From a virus (Duplodnaviria > Caudoviricetes): DNA of 47,092 nt. Position numbers and translations under genes: made by a program. Below the pieces are notes generated by a model, which saw only the letters and a list, made by a program, of their open reading frames with translations, did no database searches and had not been told where the DNA came from. Below are positions 8,470 to 17,328 of the stretch, piece after piece (positions within the stretch are counted from its first letter, which is position 1; every line of letters begins with the position of its first letter). The stretch is taken from positions 1-47,092 of IMG/VR virus record IMGVR_UViG_3300020044_008444; one strand, given 5' to 3'.

Positions 8470-8802
8470 ATGTTCTTGTTTGCTAACTCAGAAGTCACCA
8501 TTGACCACCTTGCTCCTTGGGGACAGATGACAGCATCAGCTGTAATGCTGGCTATGTTTGTCTGGATGATAACGAAGTGGTTCCCTCAGTTGTTAGAACG
8601 CCACGACAATACACAGTTGCAGACACGAGAACATTTCGAGAAAATCCTCGATAAGATCGAAGCCAACAGAGAGAAAGAGAACGTGCAACGCTATCAAGCT
8701 GCTAAAGACGGACATGACGCAGCCAAAGCTCTTTCTCATGCAATCGAAGATAACACCTCTGCAATCAATTCCCTCAGTAATAGTGTGAAGGCCCATGTAT
8801 GA
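8470..8802 (+). CDS. Single-TM plus coiled-coil protein (BhlA-type holin-like architecture)
   Basis: TM SAVMLAMFVWMI followed by coiled coil; SD AAAGGA. Confidence 0.55.
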   Translation: MFLFANSEVTIDHLAPWGQMTASAVMLAMFVWMITKWFPQLLERHDNTQLQTREHFEKILDKIEANREKENVQRYQAAKDGHDAAKALSHAIEDNTSAINSLSNSVKAHV

Positions 8803-9401
8803 ACGCTTACGAGAAAGCTCAACAATTGGGCATGACAGGTGATGATGCCTCTATCGTTACTCAGTTGCAAGCTACAGGTTTGACGCAATCAAAGATTGAT
8901 CTGGGCAGTTTACTTTTCGTAATGAACGAAAGAAATATGCTCACTCGTTTAGTGCGTCCAGCAGATACAGGCGAGAAGTGGTCTGGTACAGTTGTTAATA
9001 TGATTCTGTTTGTTAATGCAAATGGAACAGACGATCAGAAGTACGCAATCAACAAATGGTTCTCACACATCACTGGTGACCGCAACTCATATTTCGACAC
9101 AACTGACGTTTCTGTATCTGCTCCATTCTGGGCAATGCGTAACATGTTTGGTGGGCAGCAGACAATGCCGACACTGGCTGACTTCGACGCAGTCGCTGAT
9201 TTAGGTGGTGGGTGGTTGTTTGCAACACTCACAGAACAGCAATACTCAGCACTAAAAGCCGCAGCGGAAAAAGAGGCCGCAGTCGCAGCCGTGATCGTGA
9301 AATGCAACGCAGCCCGTGAGGCAGCCGAAGCGGAATCGAGATTGGCAGAATCGACGCCAATAACAATTGCAGCAGCTGCTGAAACAGCGTGGGGAGCGTA
9401 A
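8799..9401 (+). CDS. Hypothetical protein (probably virion-associated)
   Basis: 200-aa ORF coupled to neighbours. Confidence 0.7.
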   Translation: MNAYEKAQQLGMTGDDASIVTQLQATGLTQSKIDLGSLLFVMNERNMLTRLVRPADTGEKWSGTVVNMILFVNANGTDDQKYAINKWFSHITGDRNSYFDTTDVSVSAPFWAMRNMFGGQQTMPTLADFDAVADLGGGWLFATLTEQQYSALKAAAEKEAAVAAVIVKCNAAREAAEAESRLAESTPITIAAAAETAWGA

Positions 9402-9404
9402 CGA

Positions 9405-10574
9405 GTGCCGACGACCTCACCACTACGTCCAAACGCGACACTCAATTCCGGCTGGGGCGGAAGCAACCCGTTCACGCTGATTGATGACGCGACGACTCAG
9501 CCCACAGCAGGCGGAACGAGTGACTACGCATATTATTCAGGTGATTCGTCTGGTGCTCAGCAATACGGTTGTGCGTCACCGACAGTAACAGGGCTAATCA
9601 CCAGTGCAAAACTGTGGGTGTACCTCAAATTTGACAGCAACAGCGACGGCGACATCAGTGCGGTGCGAATCCGTCTCAACGGTGTGTGGAGATCTGGAAC
9701 ATTGACGGGCAAGCCGTCATCAGGTGCATGGGGGTGGGCATCATGCACGGTGACGGGTGAATATGGTGGGCTCAGTAGCTCAGCACCAGCGTTCGAAATG
9801 ACCTACACTGGGGCAACGCCTGACGGTGAAGTCTATGTGGACGTCGCGTACTTGGAGATCACCTACGATTCGATGCCGACACTGAGCGGCGCACCGGTAA
9901 TTGAAGGCGTTGCGGTAACCTACTTCTCAGCCAATCAAACAACACACACAGTCAACCTGCCGTCTGGCATCGCATCAGGTGACTTGCTGCTGTTGTGGTT
10001 CAACAAAGACGGCACATCAGGAACCATCACAACACCATCGGGCTGGTCTATTGCTATCTCCACAATCACTGCAACCGATCAGAGTATTTTGTTTTCAAAG
10101 ACAGCCTCAGGAAGTGAAGGAACTACTGTTTCTGTCACGACGTCTATCAGCGAATCAAGCACCTGCATTGCGTACAGAATCTCGGGATGGACTGAAGTTG
10201 TTTACGCAAACACCACCCTAAGCACTACAATGCCTTATTTCCCACCATCAACGATTGCGACAGAGACAGCAGGAACGATCGCGATTGCGATGTACTCCGG
10301 CACTGGTGCGGTTGCTGAACCTGCTGAATTAAGCAATGGACCAATCGCATGGACTGTCGCACTCGGAAATTCAGCCGATAGCGGCAACACCGTAGCAGCC
10401 TATTCACAGGCGGCAATTGTAAATGCGGTGGAAGGCGTAGAGGTTTATAGTTTCCCCTGGCGGTACGGATCAAACACATCTGGTAGATTAGTCTCAGTCG
10501 CAGTACACGGAACTGCAGCAAGTGGCGGTAGTGGCGGATTGTATAACACTTTGTCAACAGGGCTGGTGCGTTAA
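9405..10574 (+). CDS. Two-domain beta-rich virion/fibre protein
   Basis: Ser/Thr/Gly-rich; N-domain resembles repeats in the 27122 tail protein; C-domain VNLPSGIASGDLLL...TPSGW is common in phage virion proteins. Confidence 0.65.
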   Translation: MPTTSPLRPNATLNSGWGGSNPFTLIDDATTQPTAGGTSDYAYYSGDSSGAQQYGCASPTVTGLITSAKLWVYLKFDSNSDGDISAVRIRLNGVWRSGTLTGKPSSGAWGWASCTVTGEYGGLSSSAPAFEMTYTGATPDGEVYVDVAYLEITYDSMPTLSGAPVIEGVAVTYFSANQTTHTVNLPSGIASGDLLLLWFNKDGTSGTITTPSGWSIAISTITATDQSILFSKTASGSEGTTVSVTTSISESSTCIAYRISGWTEVVYANTTLSTTMPYFPPSTIATETAGTIAIAMYSGTGAVAEPAELSNGPIAWTVALGNSADSGNTVAAYSQAAIVNAVEGVEVYSFPWRYGSNTSGRLVSVAVHGTAASGGSGGLYNTLSTGLVR

Positions 10575-12373
10575 TGTTTCGTAACCTCACAGAAGACGCA
10601 ACCATTGAAATCTACTTTGAAACATTCGCGTCAACGGGAGCACCAGTTGCACCATCGTCAGCGTTTACAACCAGCGATTTTGCAATCTACAAAAATGGTT
10701 CTGCAACAGCCAAAGCTACTACCAACGGGCTAACTGTAACGAGTCCGTTCAACTCGGAAGCCGGTTGTCATTTGCTCGTAATTGATACCAGTAACGACAC
10801 GGGGGATACTGGATTCTGGACAGCAGGAGCACGTTATCAGGTCAAGTTCAACACCGCGAAAACGGTCGGTAGTCAATCCATTGATGGTGCGTCAGTGCCT
10901 CGTGGATCATTTGGGATTCAGTCGGAATATGAAGGTGCGAATGTAGTATCTTGGAGAGGTAGTACGCCGAATGCACTGACAAGCGGGCGAGTCGATGGAA
11001 TTGTCGGTGCTTACGCTTCAGGACAGGCACCATTACAACCAACTACAGCAGGCAGAACGCTGGACGTGACCGCGACGGGTGCCGCTGGTATCGACTGGGC
11101 AAACATCGAAAACGCCACAGCAACGAATCAGTTCAGCGGAAGTTACATCGCTCTGCAAAACAACCAAAACGTGAACCTGAACGACGGTGCAATCACTGCT
11201 GCCAAATTTGCAGCAAACGCAATAACTGCTTCAGCATTGGCTGCTGATGCTGCAACAGAGATTGGAGCAGCAACACTAGCAGCACTTGGCACAGGTACAT
11301 GGGCTACAGCCATCCCGTGGAACGCAGCATGGGATGCTGAAGTACAATCTGAATGTGCAGATGCGATCACAGCAGCTGGTGTTATGACAGGAACATACAC
11401 AGCTCCTGATAACGCGACGATAACGCTGATCAATGCGAAAACAACAAACCTGCCATCAGATCCAGCAGACGCATCAGATATATCTGCGGCATTCGGTACA
11501 GTGAACACTACTCTCAACACAATAGCTGAGTACATTGATACCGAAATCGCAGCAATCAAAACAAAAACGGACAATCTTCCAACAGACCCAGCAGATCAAT
11601 CACTGATCGTCGCTGCAACTGATGCAATCATATCCCGACTCGGCTCACCAGCAGGTGCGTCTATGTCAGCTGACATAGCTTCTGTAAAAACCGATACAGG
11701 CAACCTAGTCACTCGTATCCCCGCTGCTCTATTCTCAGGGATTACATCTCTTGCTGATTGGATTCGTCGTATAAGTCGCAAGGATGCTGGTACAGCTGGT
11801 ATGATTGCTGCTGAAGCTGAGATTGATACAGGAGGTACTTCTACCTTCACAGGAACCACAGATAGCCTGGAAGCTATCGCTGATGCCTCTGGTGGTGGAG
11901 GTGCTGGCGATGCCTCACAAACCACTCTGCTCGCTGTTAAAGCTAAGACAGACCTGATAGGTACGGCTCAAGGCATTACTTCTCTAGAAGCTGCTGCTGT
12001 TCTTGACGCAGGCACAATCTCTGGCTTCCCAACAGAACTGATTGTTGGAGATAGCTACGACTCTGACAGCGGTGAAATTGACGTTACCATCGTCGATGCT
12101 GAAGGTGATCCTATCACAAGTATGGGGAGTCTCAACTTCTCAGCAGCAACAATTGAGTTCACGGCCTACCGCACAGGCGATCCATCATCCATGCACCTGT
12201 CTGGTACGTGTACTTACGCCAACAGTATTGTTAGTATCACTCTTCCTTCTTCAGTAACAGCTCTCGGCAAACCAGAATTTACCTACGAAGGTAGATTGAA
12301 GTTCATTTGGACTGCTGCTGATGCTCAGAAGACATTCAAGACCACTCAATTTAAGTTTGTAGAAAATCCATGA
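10574..12373 (+). CDS. Fibre-like virion protein with KT(D/T)NLP.DPAD repeats
   Basis: Ala/Thr-rich; repeats INAKTTNLPSDPAD / IKTKTDNLPTDPAD; GAITAAKFAANAIT. Confidence 0.65.
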   Translation: MFRNLTEDATIEIYFETFASTGAPVAPSSAFTTSDFAIYKNGSATAKATTNGLTVTSPFNSEAGCHLLVIDTSNDTGDTGFWTAGARYQVKFNTAKTVGSQSIDGASVPRGSFGIQSEYEGANVVSWRGSTPNALTSGRVDGIVGAYASGQAPLQPTTAGRTLDVTATGAAGIDWANIENATATNQFSGSYIALQNNQNVNLNDGAITAAKFAANAITASALAADAATEIGAATLAALGTGTWATAIPWNAAWDAEVQSECADAITAAGVMTGTYTAPDNATITLINAKTTNLPSDPADASDISAAFGTVNTTLNTIAEYIDTEIAAIKTKTDNLPTDPADQSLIVAATDAIISRLGSPAGASMSADIASVKTDTGNLVTRIPAALFSGITSLADWIRRISRKDAGTAGMIAAEAEIDTGGTSTFTGTTDSLEAIADASGGGGAGDASQTTLLAVKAKTDLIGTAQGITSLEAAAVLDAGTISGFPTELIVGDSYDSDSGEIDVTIVDAEGDPITSMGSLNFSAATIEFTAYRTGDPSSMHLSGTCTYANSIVSITLPSSVTALGKPEFTYEGRLKFIWTAADAQKTFKTTQFKFVENP

Positions 12374-14748
12374 CAACTTCTGCCCCAAGCAAAGCTGTTA
12401 GGTACGACAAATTCCTGAGAGGTGGTAACAAGAAAATCTCTCAGGACGTACCTGTCCCAATCAGAAAAAATCACAGACTTGTAGGGTACGAATACAAGTC
12501 TGTCAGGCTTTCTGAACTGTTGCGAATGATTCCGATGTATGACGTTTTCCGTGAAGCGGAAGACTACTACTTCGATTTAGATGAGATGCACCAGTTTGTA
12601 GAGTTTGTTATCAATGAATGTGTCTACCCAGAAGGTGAACTAACAGGTTTGCCATTCATTCCAGAACTCTGGCAATGGGCAGTGTATTTCAACATCTTCT
12701 GTTGGAAGCACAAAGAGACAGGTTACAGACGATTTAAAGAGGCATTCATTCTGGTGCCTCGCAAGAACGGCAAAGCTCTAGACCTGAACACTAAGATACC
12801 AACACCAAACGGTTACGTATCTATGGGGGAAATCACTGAAGGTCAGACAGTATTCGATAAAGACGGCAGACAATGTTCTGTCACACATGTGCATGATGTG
12901 CTTGAATCTCCAGAGTCATATGAAATTGTCTTCTCCAACGGAGAGAAAGTCAAAGCTTGTGCTGACCATCAGTGGTATGTAATGTTCGGCGAACAACAAT
13001 CAGAGTGTGACGTTCTGTCAACAAAAGAAATTTACAATATTACTGGTGTAACAAACGTAAAATTCTCTGTACCAGCCCCTTACATTGATAGCGGACCCAA
13101 ACACGTAGATATTGCCAGTGTAGCACCGTGCGACCCTGTGCCTATGCGGTGCATCACTGTGGACTCACCATCCAGAACTTATCTGTTTGGCGAGACCATG
13201 CTTGCAACACATAACACGGTTTCGTTCGGAGCAATTCCAACGCTCTACATGTTTTACGTTGATAAGGAACAACGATCCCAGAATTTCTGTTGTGCTGCTG
13301 ACATCGAACAAGCATCGATTAACTTCCGTCATACAGCGTACATGATCGAGCAGAATCCAAACCTGCTCAATCGTCTACGTCAGAACAAAGTTAATAGATC
13401 CACAAAGAGCTTCGAACATGCTAAAGACGGCAGCATGTTTAAAGTGCTGTCTGCCATTGCTGAAACCAAACACGGACTATCCCCTAACTTTGCTTACGTA
13501 GATGAGGTACACGCACACAAGAGTAGTGAGCTTATCGACGTAATGCTGACAGGTACGGCAGCTCGTAGACAATCTCTCACAATCTACACAACTACAGCAG
13601 ACTATGACAGACCATCGACATGTAATGAATTGTATGAGCGTGCCAAACGCATTGCCTCTGGTGAGATGTCTGACGTTTCTTTCCTTCCAGTGATATATGA
13701 AGCGACAGTAGACGATGACTTTGAAGATGAACGTACATGGAAGAAAGCTAATCCAAATTACGGCGTCTCCATCTACGCCGAATACTTTGAACGCAACATC
13801 CGTCAGTGTAAATCAAACCCTGTTCTGTTAAATAGGTTCTTACGCCTCCATCTCAACATCCGCACTAAGACAGAAACAGTATGGATTCCTACATGGGTAT
13901 GGGCTAACGGCAACCACACCGAGAACCATTTATTATCAATTGACGAAATCAAAACTCTGCTTTATAATCATCGTCTGTGGCATAACTTTGCAGCAGACAA
14001 TGAATGGTTCAACAACAGTCAGATAGACCTCTACCTCACTGAGTTCCAAGGTTACTTTACATGGTACTTCAGAAAGCTTGAAGAACTGCAGGATGTCGAA
14101 TGTTACGGGGGTTATGATAACTCCTCAGTTAATGATATTGCTTCCTTCAGTTTGTACTTCCCCAGTGAAGGGGTAGTAATGCCGTGGTTCTGGGTTCCAG
14201 CTGAATCCATTTACAAACGAAGTGTTGAAGAACGTCTTCCTTACGACAGATGGTTCAAGTCAGGCCTAATCAATAATACTCCCCTCGCATCCATATCTGA
14301 ACGAGATATAGCCAAAACTCTGACAGGTGACGGTAACCAAAAAGGTATATGCACCTATTTCAGAAACCTTCAACTCGTCTGTTTTGATGCGTGGGGTTCA
14401 AACTTCATTTACGAAACTCTCTACAACGCAGGGCTGCAAGCAAAGAAATACCCACAGTCCTACGTAGGGATGAATGGTCCTTGTCGGAAGCTCCAAGCTG
14501 ATATAGAGAACAAAGAATTGTTTCACGGTTCCAATCCAGTCCTAAGATGGATGATGGGAAACGTGACAATGACAACAAACAACAATGATCAGATGAGACC
14601 AAACAAACAGAAGTCCACAGATAAGATTGACGGTGTAGTTGCATCGTTAATGGCTATCGGAGGGCACATGTATTCTGGTCAGCAAATGATCACAAACATA
14701 TCAGGATTGAGAGAAGCAAATGAGCTGGAATCCCTTCCGACGACGTGA
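12370..14748 (+). CDS. terL: Terminase large subunit (intein-containing)
   Basis: LWQW, VPRKNGK|T Walker A, YVDEVH Walker B, YTTTA, WKKANP, FDAW, DKIDGVVA. Confidence 0.97.
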   Translation: MTTSAPSKAVRYDKFLRGGNKKISQDVPVPIRKNHRLVGYEYKSVRLSELLRMIPMYDVFREAEDYYFDLDEMHQFVEFVINECVYPEGELTGLPFIPELWQWAVYFNIFCWKHKETGYRRFKEAFILVPRKNGKALDLNTKIPTPNGYVSMGEITEGQTVFDKDGRQCSVTHVHDVLESPESYEIVFSNGEKVKACADHQWYVMFGEQQSECDVLSTKEIYNITGVTNVKFSVPAPYIDSGPKHVDIASVAPCDPVPMRCITVDSPSRTYLFGETMLATHNTVSFGAIPTLYMFYVDKEQRSQNFCCAADIEQASINFRHTAYMIEQNPNLLNRLRQNKVNRSTKSFEHAKDGSMFKVLSAIAETKHGLSPNFAYVDEVHAHKSSELIDVMLTGTAARRQSLTIYTTTADYDRPSTCNELYERAKRIASGEMSDVSFLPVIYEATVDDDFEDERTWKKANPNYGVSIYAEYFERNIRQCKSNPVLLNRFLRLHLNIRTKTETVWIPTWVWANGNHTENHLLSIDEIKTLLYNHRLWHNFAADNEWFNNSQIDLYLTEFQGYFTWYFRKLEELQDVECYGGYDNSSVNDIASFSLYFPSEGVVMPWFWVPAESIYKRSVEERLPYDRWFKSGLINNTPLASISERDIAKTLTGDGNQKGICTYFRNLQLVCFDAWGSNFIYETLYNAGLQAKKYPQSYVGMNGPCRKLQADIENKELFHGSNPVLRWMMGNVTMTTNNNDQMRPNKQKSTDKIDGVVASLMAIGGHMYSGQQMITNISGLREANELESLPTT
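12775..13215 (+). mobile_element. Class 3 mini-intein (147 aa) in the TerL Walker A motif
   Basis: Starts Ala (ALDLNTKIPTPNG); block B ADHQW; block F MRCITVD; ends ATHN with Thr +1; no endonuclease domain. Confidence 0.9.
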
Positions 14749-16534
14749 CAACTCTATCGGCCTGCTAAGTCAGGTTTTGAATGCTGCTACGTCTGCTCTC
14801 TCCGGAAGAGACCTGTTCAGCTTCATGTGGCGTAGTCGTCAACACACATCAGACAGCAGCCTAAAGCTCTCTGCTGTGTTCTGTGCTGTCAACCTCTACA
14901 CAGGTTCAATTGGTAGCCTTCCTCGTACTGTCATTCGTATTAGTCCTTCAGGAAAGCCTGACAGGCAGCTCAATACAGCCGATCATCCTGCTGTCAAAAT
15001 CTTTCTTCATTACGCAAACCCTGATTACTCAGCTGATGCGATGTTGGGAGACATGATCTATGACCGACTCCTTGACGGCAACTATTACGCTATACGTGAG
15101 TTCGACAGTCAGGGACGCACATTTCGTATTTACCACGTCCACCCTTCACGTATACCTCGTGGCAACATCTACTATGCCGATGGTACAGAGCAGTTGGCTA
15201 CAGGTGCTGTAGCTCGCAAAGGTACGCTCATCTACCGCATCGAGACAGGCAGCACCAAAGAGGATGCTAATCCTGAATACATGCTGCTTCCTCGTGAGTA
15301 CATGGTTCACATCAAGTCTGACATTCCCGATAAACCAAACCATAGAGGTTTTGGTATCATCGAGAATGCAGGCAGGTCATTCAACATGTACGAAAACTCT
15401 GAAGAGTATGGCGTACACTTCTACAAGAACGGTCACAAGAATCAGACATATCTAACCACAGAAAACAGGTTAGCTCCTGATGTTTTGAAACGTGTTGAAA
15501 GCTTCTTTGAGTCTCACCCTAATGCAGCAATGGAAGATGCGTTCAAGACACGTATTCTTGAACAAGGTCTGAAGCCTGTAAACGTCGCCATTCCTATGCA
15601 GCAGTTACAGTTCATCGAGACCAGAGCCTTCTCTGTTGAAGATGTATCTCGCTGGTTCAATGTTCCTCCAGAGCTGCTTCATTCTCACATGGGCAGCAAC
15701 GGTAGCAGCAGCGACGTAGGTAAGCTCATCCACCTGTTCATTCAAACCGGCTTACATCCATTCATCAGTAGCTTAGGGAGACAGATTCGCAATGAATTGT
15801 TACCTCTCTCAAGTCAACTCCAATACAGTTTTGAATTCAACCTCATTTACTTATTCCGTACCATCATCAATGAATTCTCGCAAGCCCTGCGAAACTTCTT
15901 TGAAATTGGAGTTATGGACAGAACAGAAATCTGCAACCTACTCGGAATGCAGATAGATCCGACAGATGCTAACAACGCTCTGCGTTACGTACCTGCCAAC
16001 CTTATGACAGTTGACCACAGCATTGCTCTGCGTGACAAAGCTCTGCTGGCTAACGACATGATGGACCAACAGATTCGTAAGCTCACTCTCGACAACGACA
16101 ACTACATGTCGCCCAAAGAGTCTATGGAGATGCAGCAAACTAAGAAAGAGGAAGAAGTCAAACCACCTTCAGACTCTCTCGATAAGAGTCCTGATGATCA
16201 GAACCTCGATAAGAAGTTGCGTGTAGCTAAGAACGCTTTCATAGCTGTGGTGAATGGTCTGCAGGCTTACGAACGCAAAGTGTACGACCAGAAAAAATCA
16301 AAGTATTCAGATGCAGAAGAGTTCAAGTCTTCCATGTCTGAGTTCTACACCGACAAGTTCACACACAACTTGACCAGCACATTCAACGAATGGGCAGACA
16401 TTCTTCCAGATGTATCTCCATTCGCCACAGTAGACGAATTGATTGATTCGTGGCTCTACTCTCCTGTCAATAACATCCTGTCAAGTGAAGACGGGCACAC
16501 TCGCTTCCTTCAGCAAATCGGATCAGCACAATGA
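14720..16534 (+). CDS. Portal protein, HK97 family
   Basis: SAVFCAV, LLDGNYY, ILEQGL, QLQFIETR.FSVEDVSRWFNVPP; follows TerL. Confidence 0.95.
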   Translation: MSWNPFRRRDNSIGLLSQVLNAATSALSGRDLFSFMWRSRQHTSDSSLKLSAVFCAVNLYTGSIGSLPRTVIRISPSGKPDRQLNTADHPAVKIFLHYANPDYSADAMLGDMIYDRLLDGNYYAIREFDSQGRTFRIYHVHPSRIPRGNIYYADGTEQLATGAVARKGTLIYRIETGSTKEDANPEYMLLPREYMVHIKSDIPDKPNHRGFGIIENAGRSFNMYENSEEYGVHFYKNGHKNQTYLTTENRLAPDVLKRVESFFESHPNAAMEDAFKTRILEQGLKPVNVAIPMQQLQFIETRAFSVEDVSRWFNVPPELLHSHMGSNGSSSDVGKLIHLFIQTGLHPFISSLGRQIRNELLPLSSQLQYSFEFNLIYLFRTIINEFSQALRNFFEIGVMDRTEICNLLGMQIDPTDANNALRYVPANLMTVDHSIALRDKALLANDMMDQQIRKLTLDNDNYMSPKESMEMQQTKKEEEVKPPSDSLDKSPDDQNLDKKLRVAKNAFIAVVNGLQAYERKVYDQKKSKYSDAEEFKSSMSEFYTDKFTHNLTSTFNEWADILPDVSPFATVDELIDSWLYSPVNNILSSEDGHTRFLQQIGSAQ

Positions 16535-17220
16535 AATTTGTACTCAATAGAGACGTAAGCAATAAGGTTGAAACTGTTGTTAATGTCAACGGCAACACCA
16601 TCGAGTTGTACGACTACATCCTCGCAGAACGATGGTACGAGGATCAGGCTGGTGTCACAGCTAACGAGTTCATCGACGCTCTCAACACGATGAAGGGTGA
16701 CATCACTGTCCGCATTAACTCTCGTGGTGGAGAAGTGGGCAACGCTCTCACAATCTACCAGCGACTACTTGAGCACGAAGGTGAAGTGCATTGCATCGTC
16801 GATGGCTACGCCTACTCATGTGCTTCATGGATTCTGCTGGCAGGAGATAAGCGTACCATTAACATGGGCGGGATGGTGATGGTTCATAACCCTCAGATGT
16901 TTGCTCCTATCAGTCGAGAAGAAGACTTCGATGTAGTCCGCAACCAATGGACAGCTCATCGTGATGCCATTCGTTCAATCATCACCAACAGAACAGGTCT
17001 GAAAGATGAAGACGTAAAAGATATGATGGATAAGGAAACCTTCATGACAGCTAATCAGGCTATCGAGAAAGGTTTCTGCTCTGGTATTCAGGAAACTATC
17101 AAACCGTTCTCTTCATCAGTGAGGAATGCGATGCCTGTAGAAGTTATGAACATCTTCCCAGAAGACTGCTCAGACATCTATACCAGAGCACTACAAGCTC
17201 GTGCCAAAGCTCTCAAATAA
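16531..17220 (+). CDS. ClpP-like head maturation protease
   Basis: INSRGG, DGYAYSCAS, MVHNP, ETFMTANQAIEKGF. Confidence 0.93.
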   Translation: MKFVLNRDVSNKVETVVNVNGNTIELYDYILAERWYEDQAGVTANEFIDALNTMKGDITVRINSRGGEVGNALTIYQRLLEHEGEVHCIVDGYAYSCASWILLAGDKRTINMGGMVMVHNPQMFAPISREEDFDVVRNQWTAHRDAIRSIITNRTGLKDEDVKDMMDKETFMTANQAIEKGFCSGIQETIKPFSSSVRNAMPVEVMNIFPEDCSDIYTRALQARAKALK

Positions 17221-17224
17221 TTAT

Positions 17225-17252
17225 TTGACAGATTAGGCTTCTCTGTTAACCT
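17225..17252 (+). promoter_or_regulatory. Promoter upstream of the capsid gene
   Basis: TTGACA-N16-TAACCT with TG extension. Confidence 0.6.
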
Positions 17253-17328
17253 ACGCTCTACAGGCTAAAAGCAAAGCACATAATGCCTGCCAACCAGTTT
17301 ATATCAACCAATCCATAAAGGAACTGTC

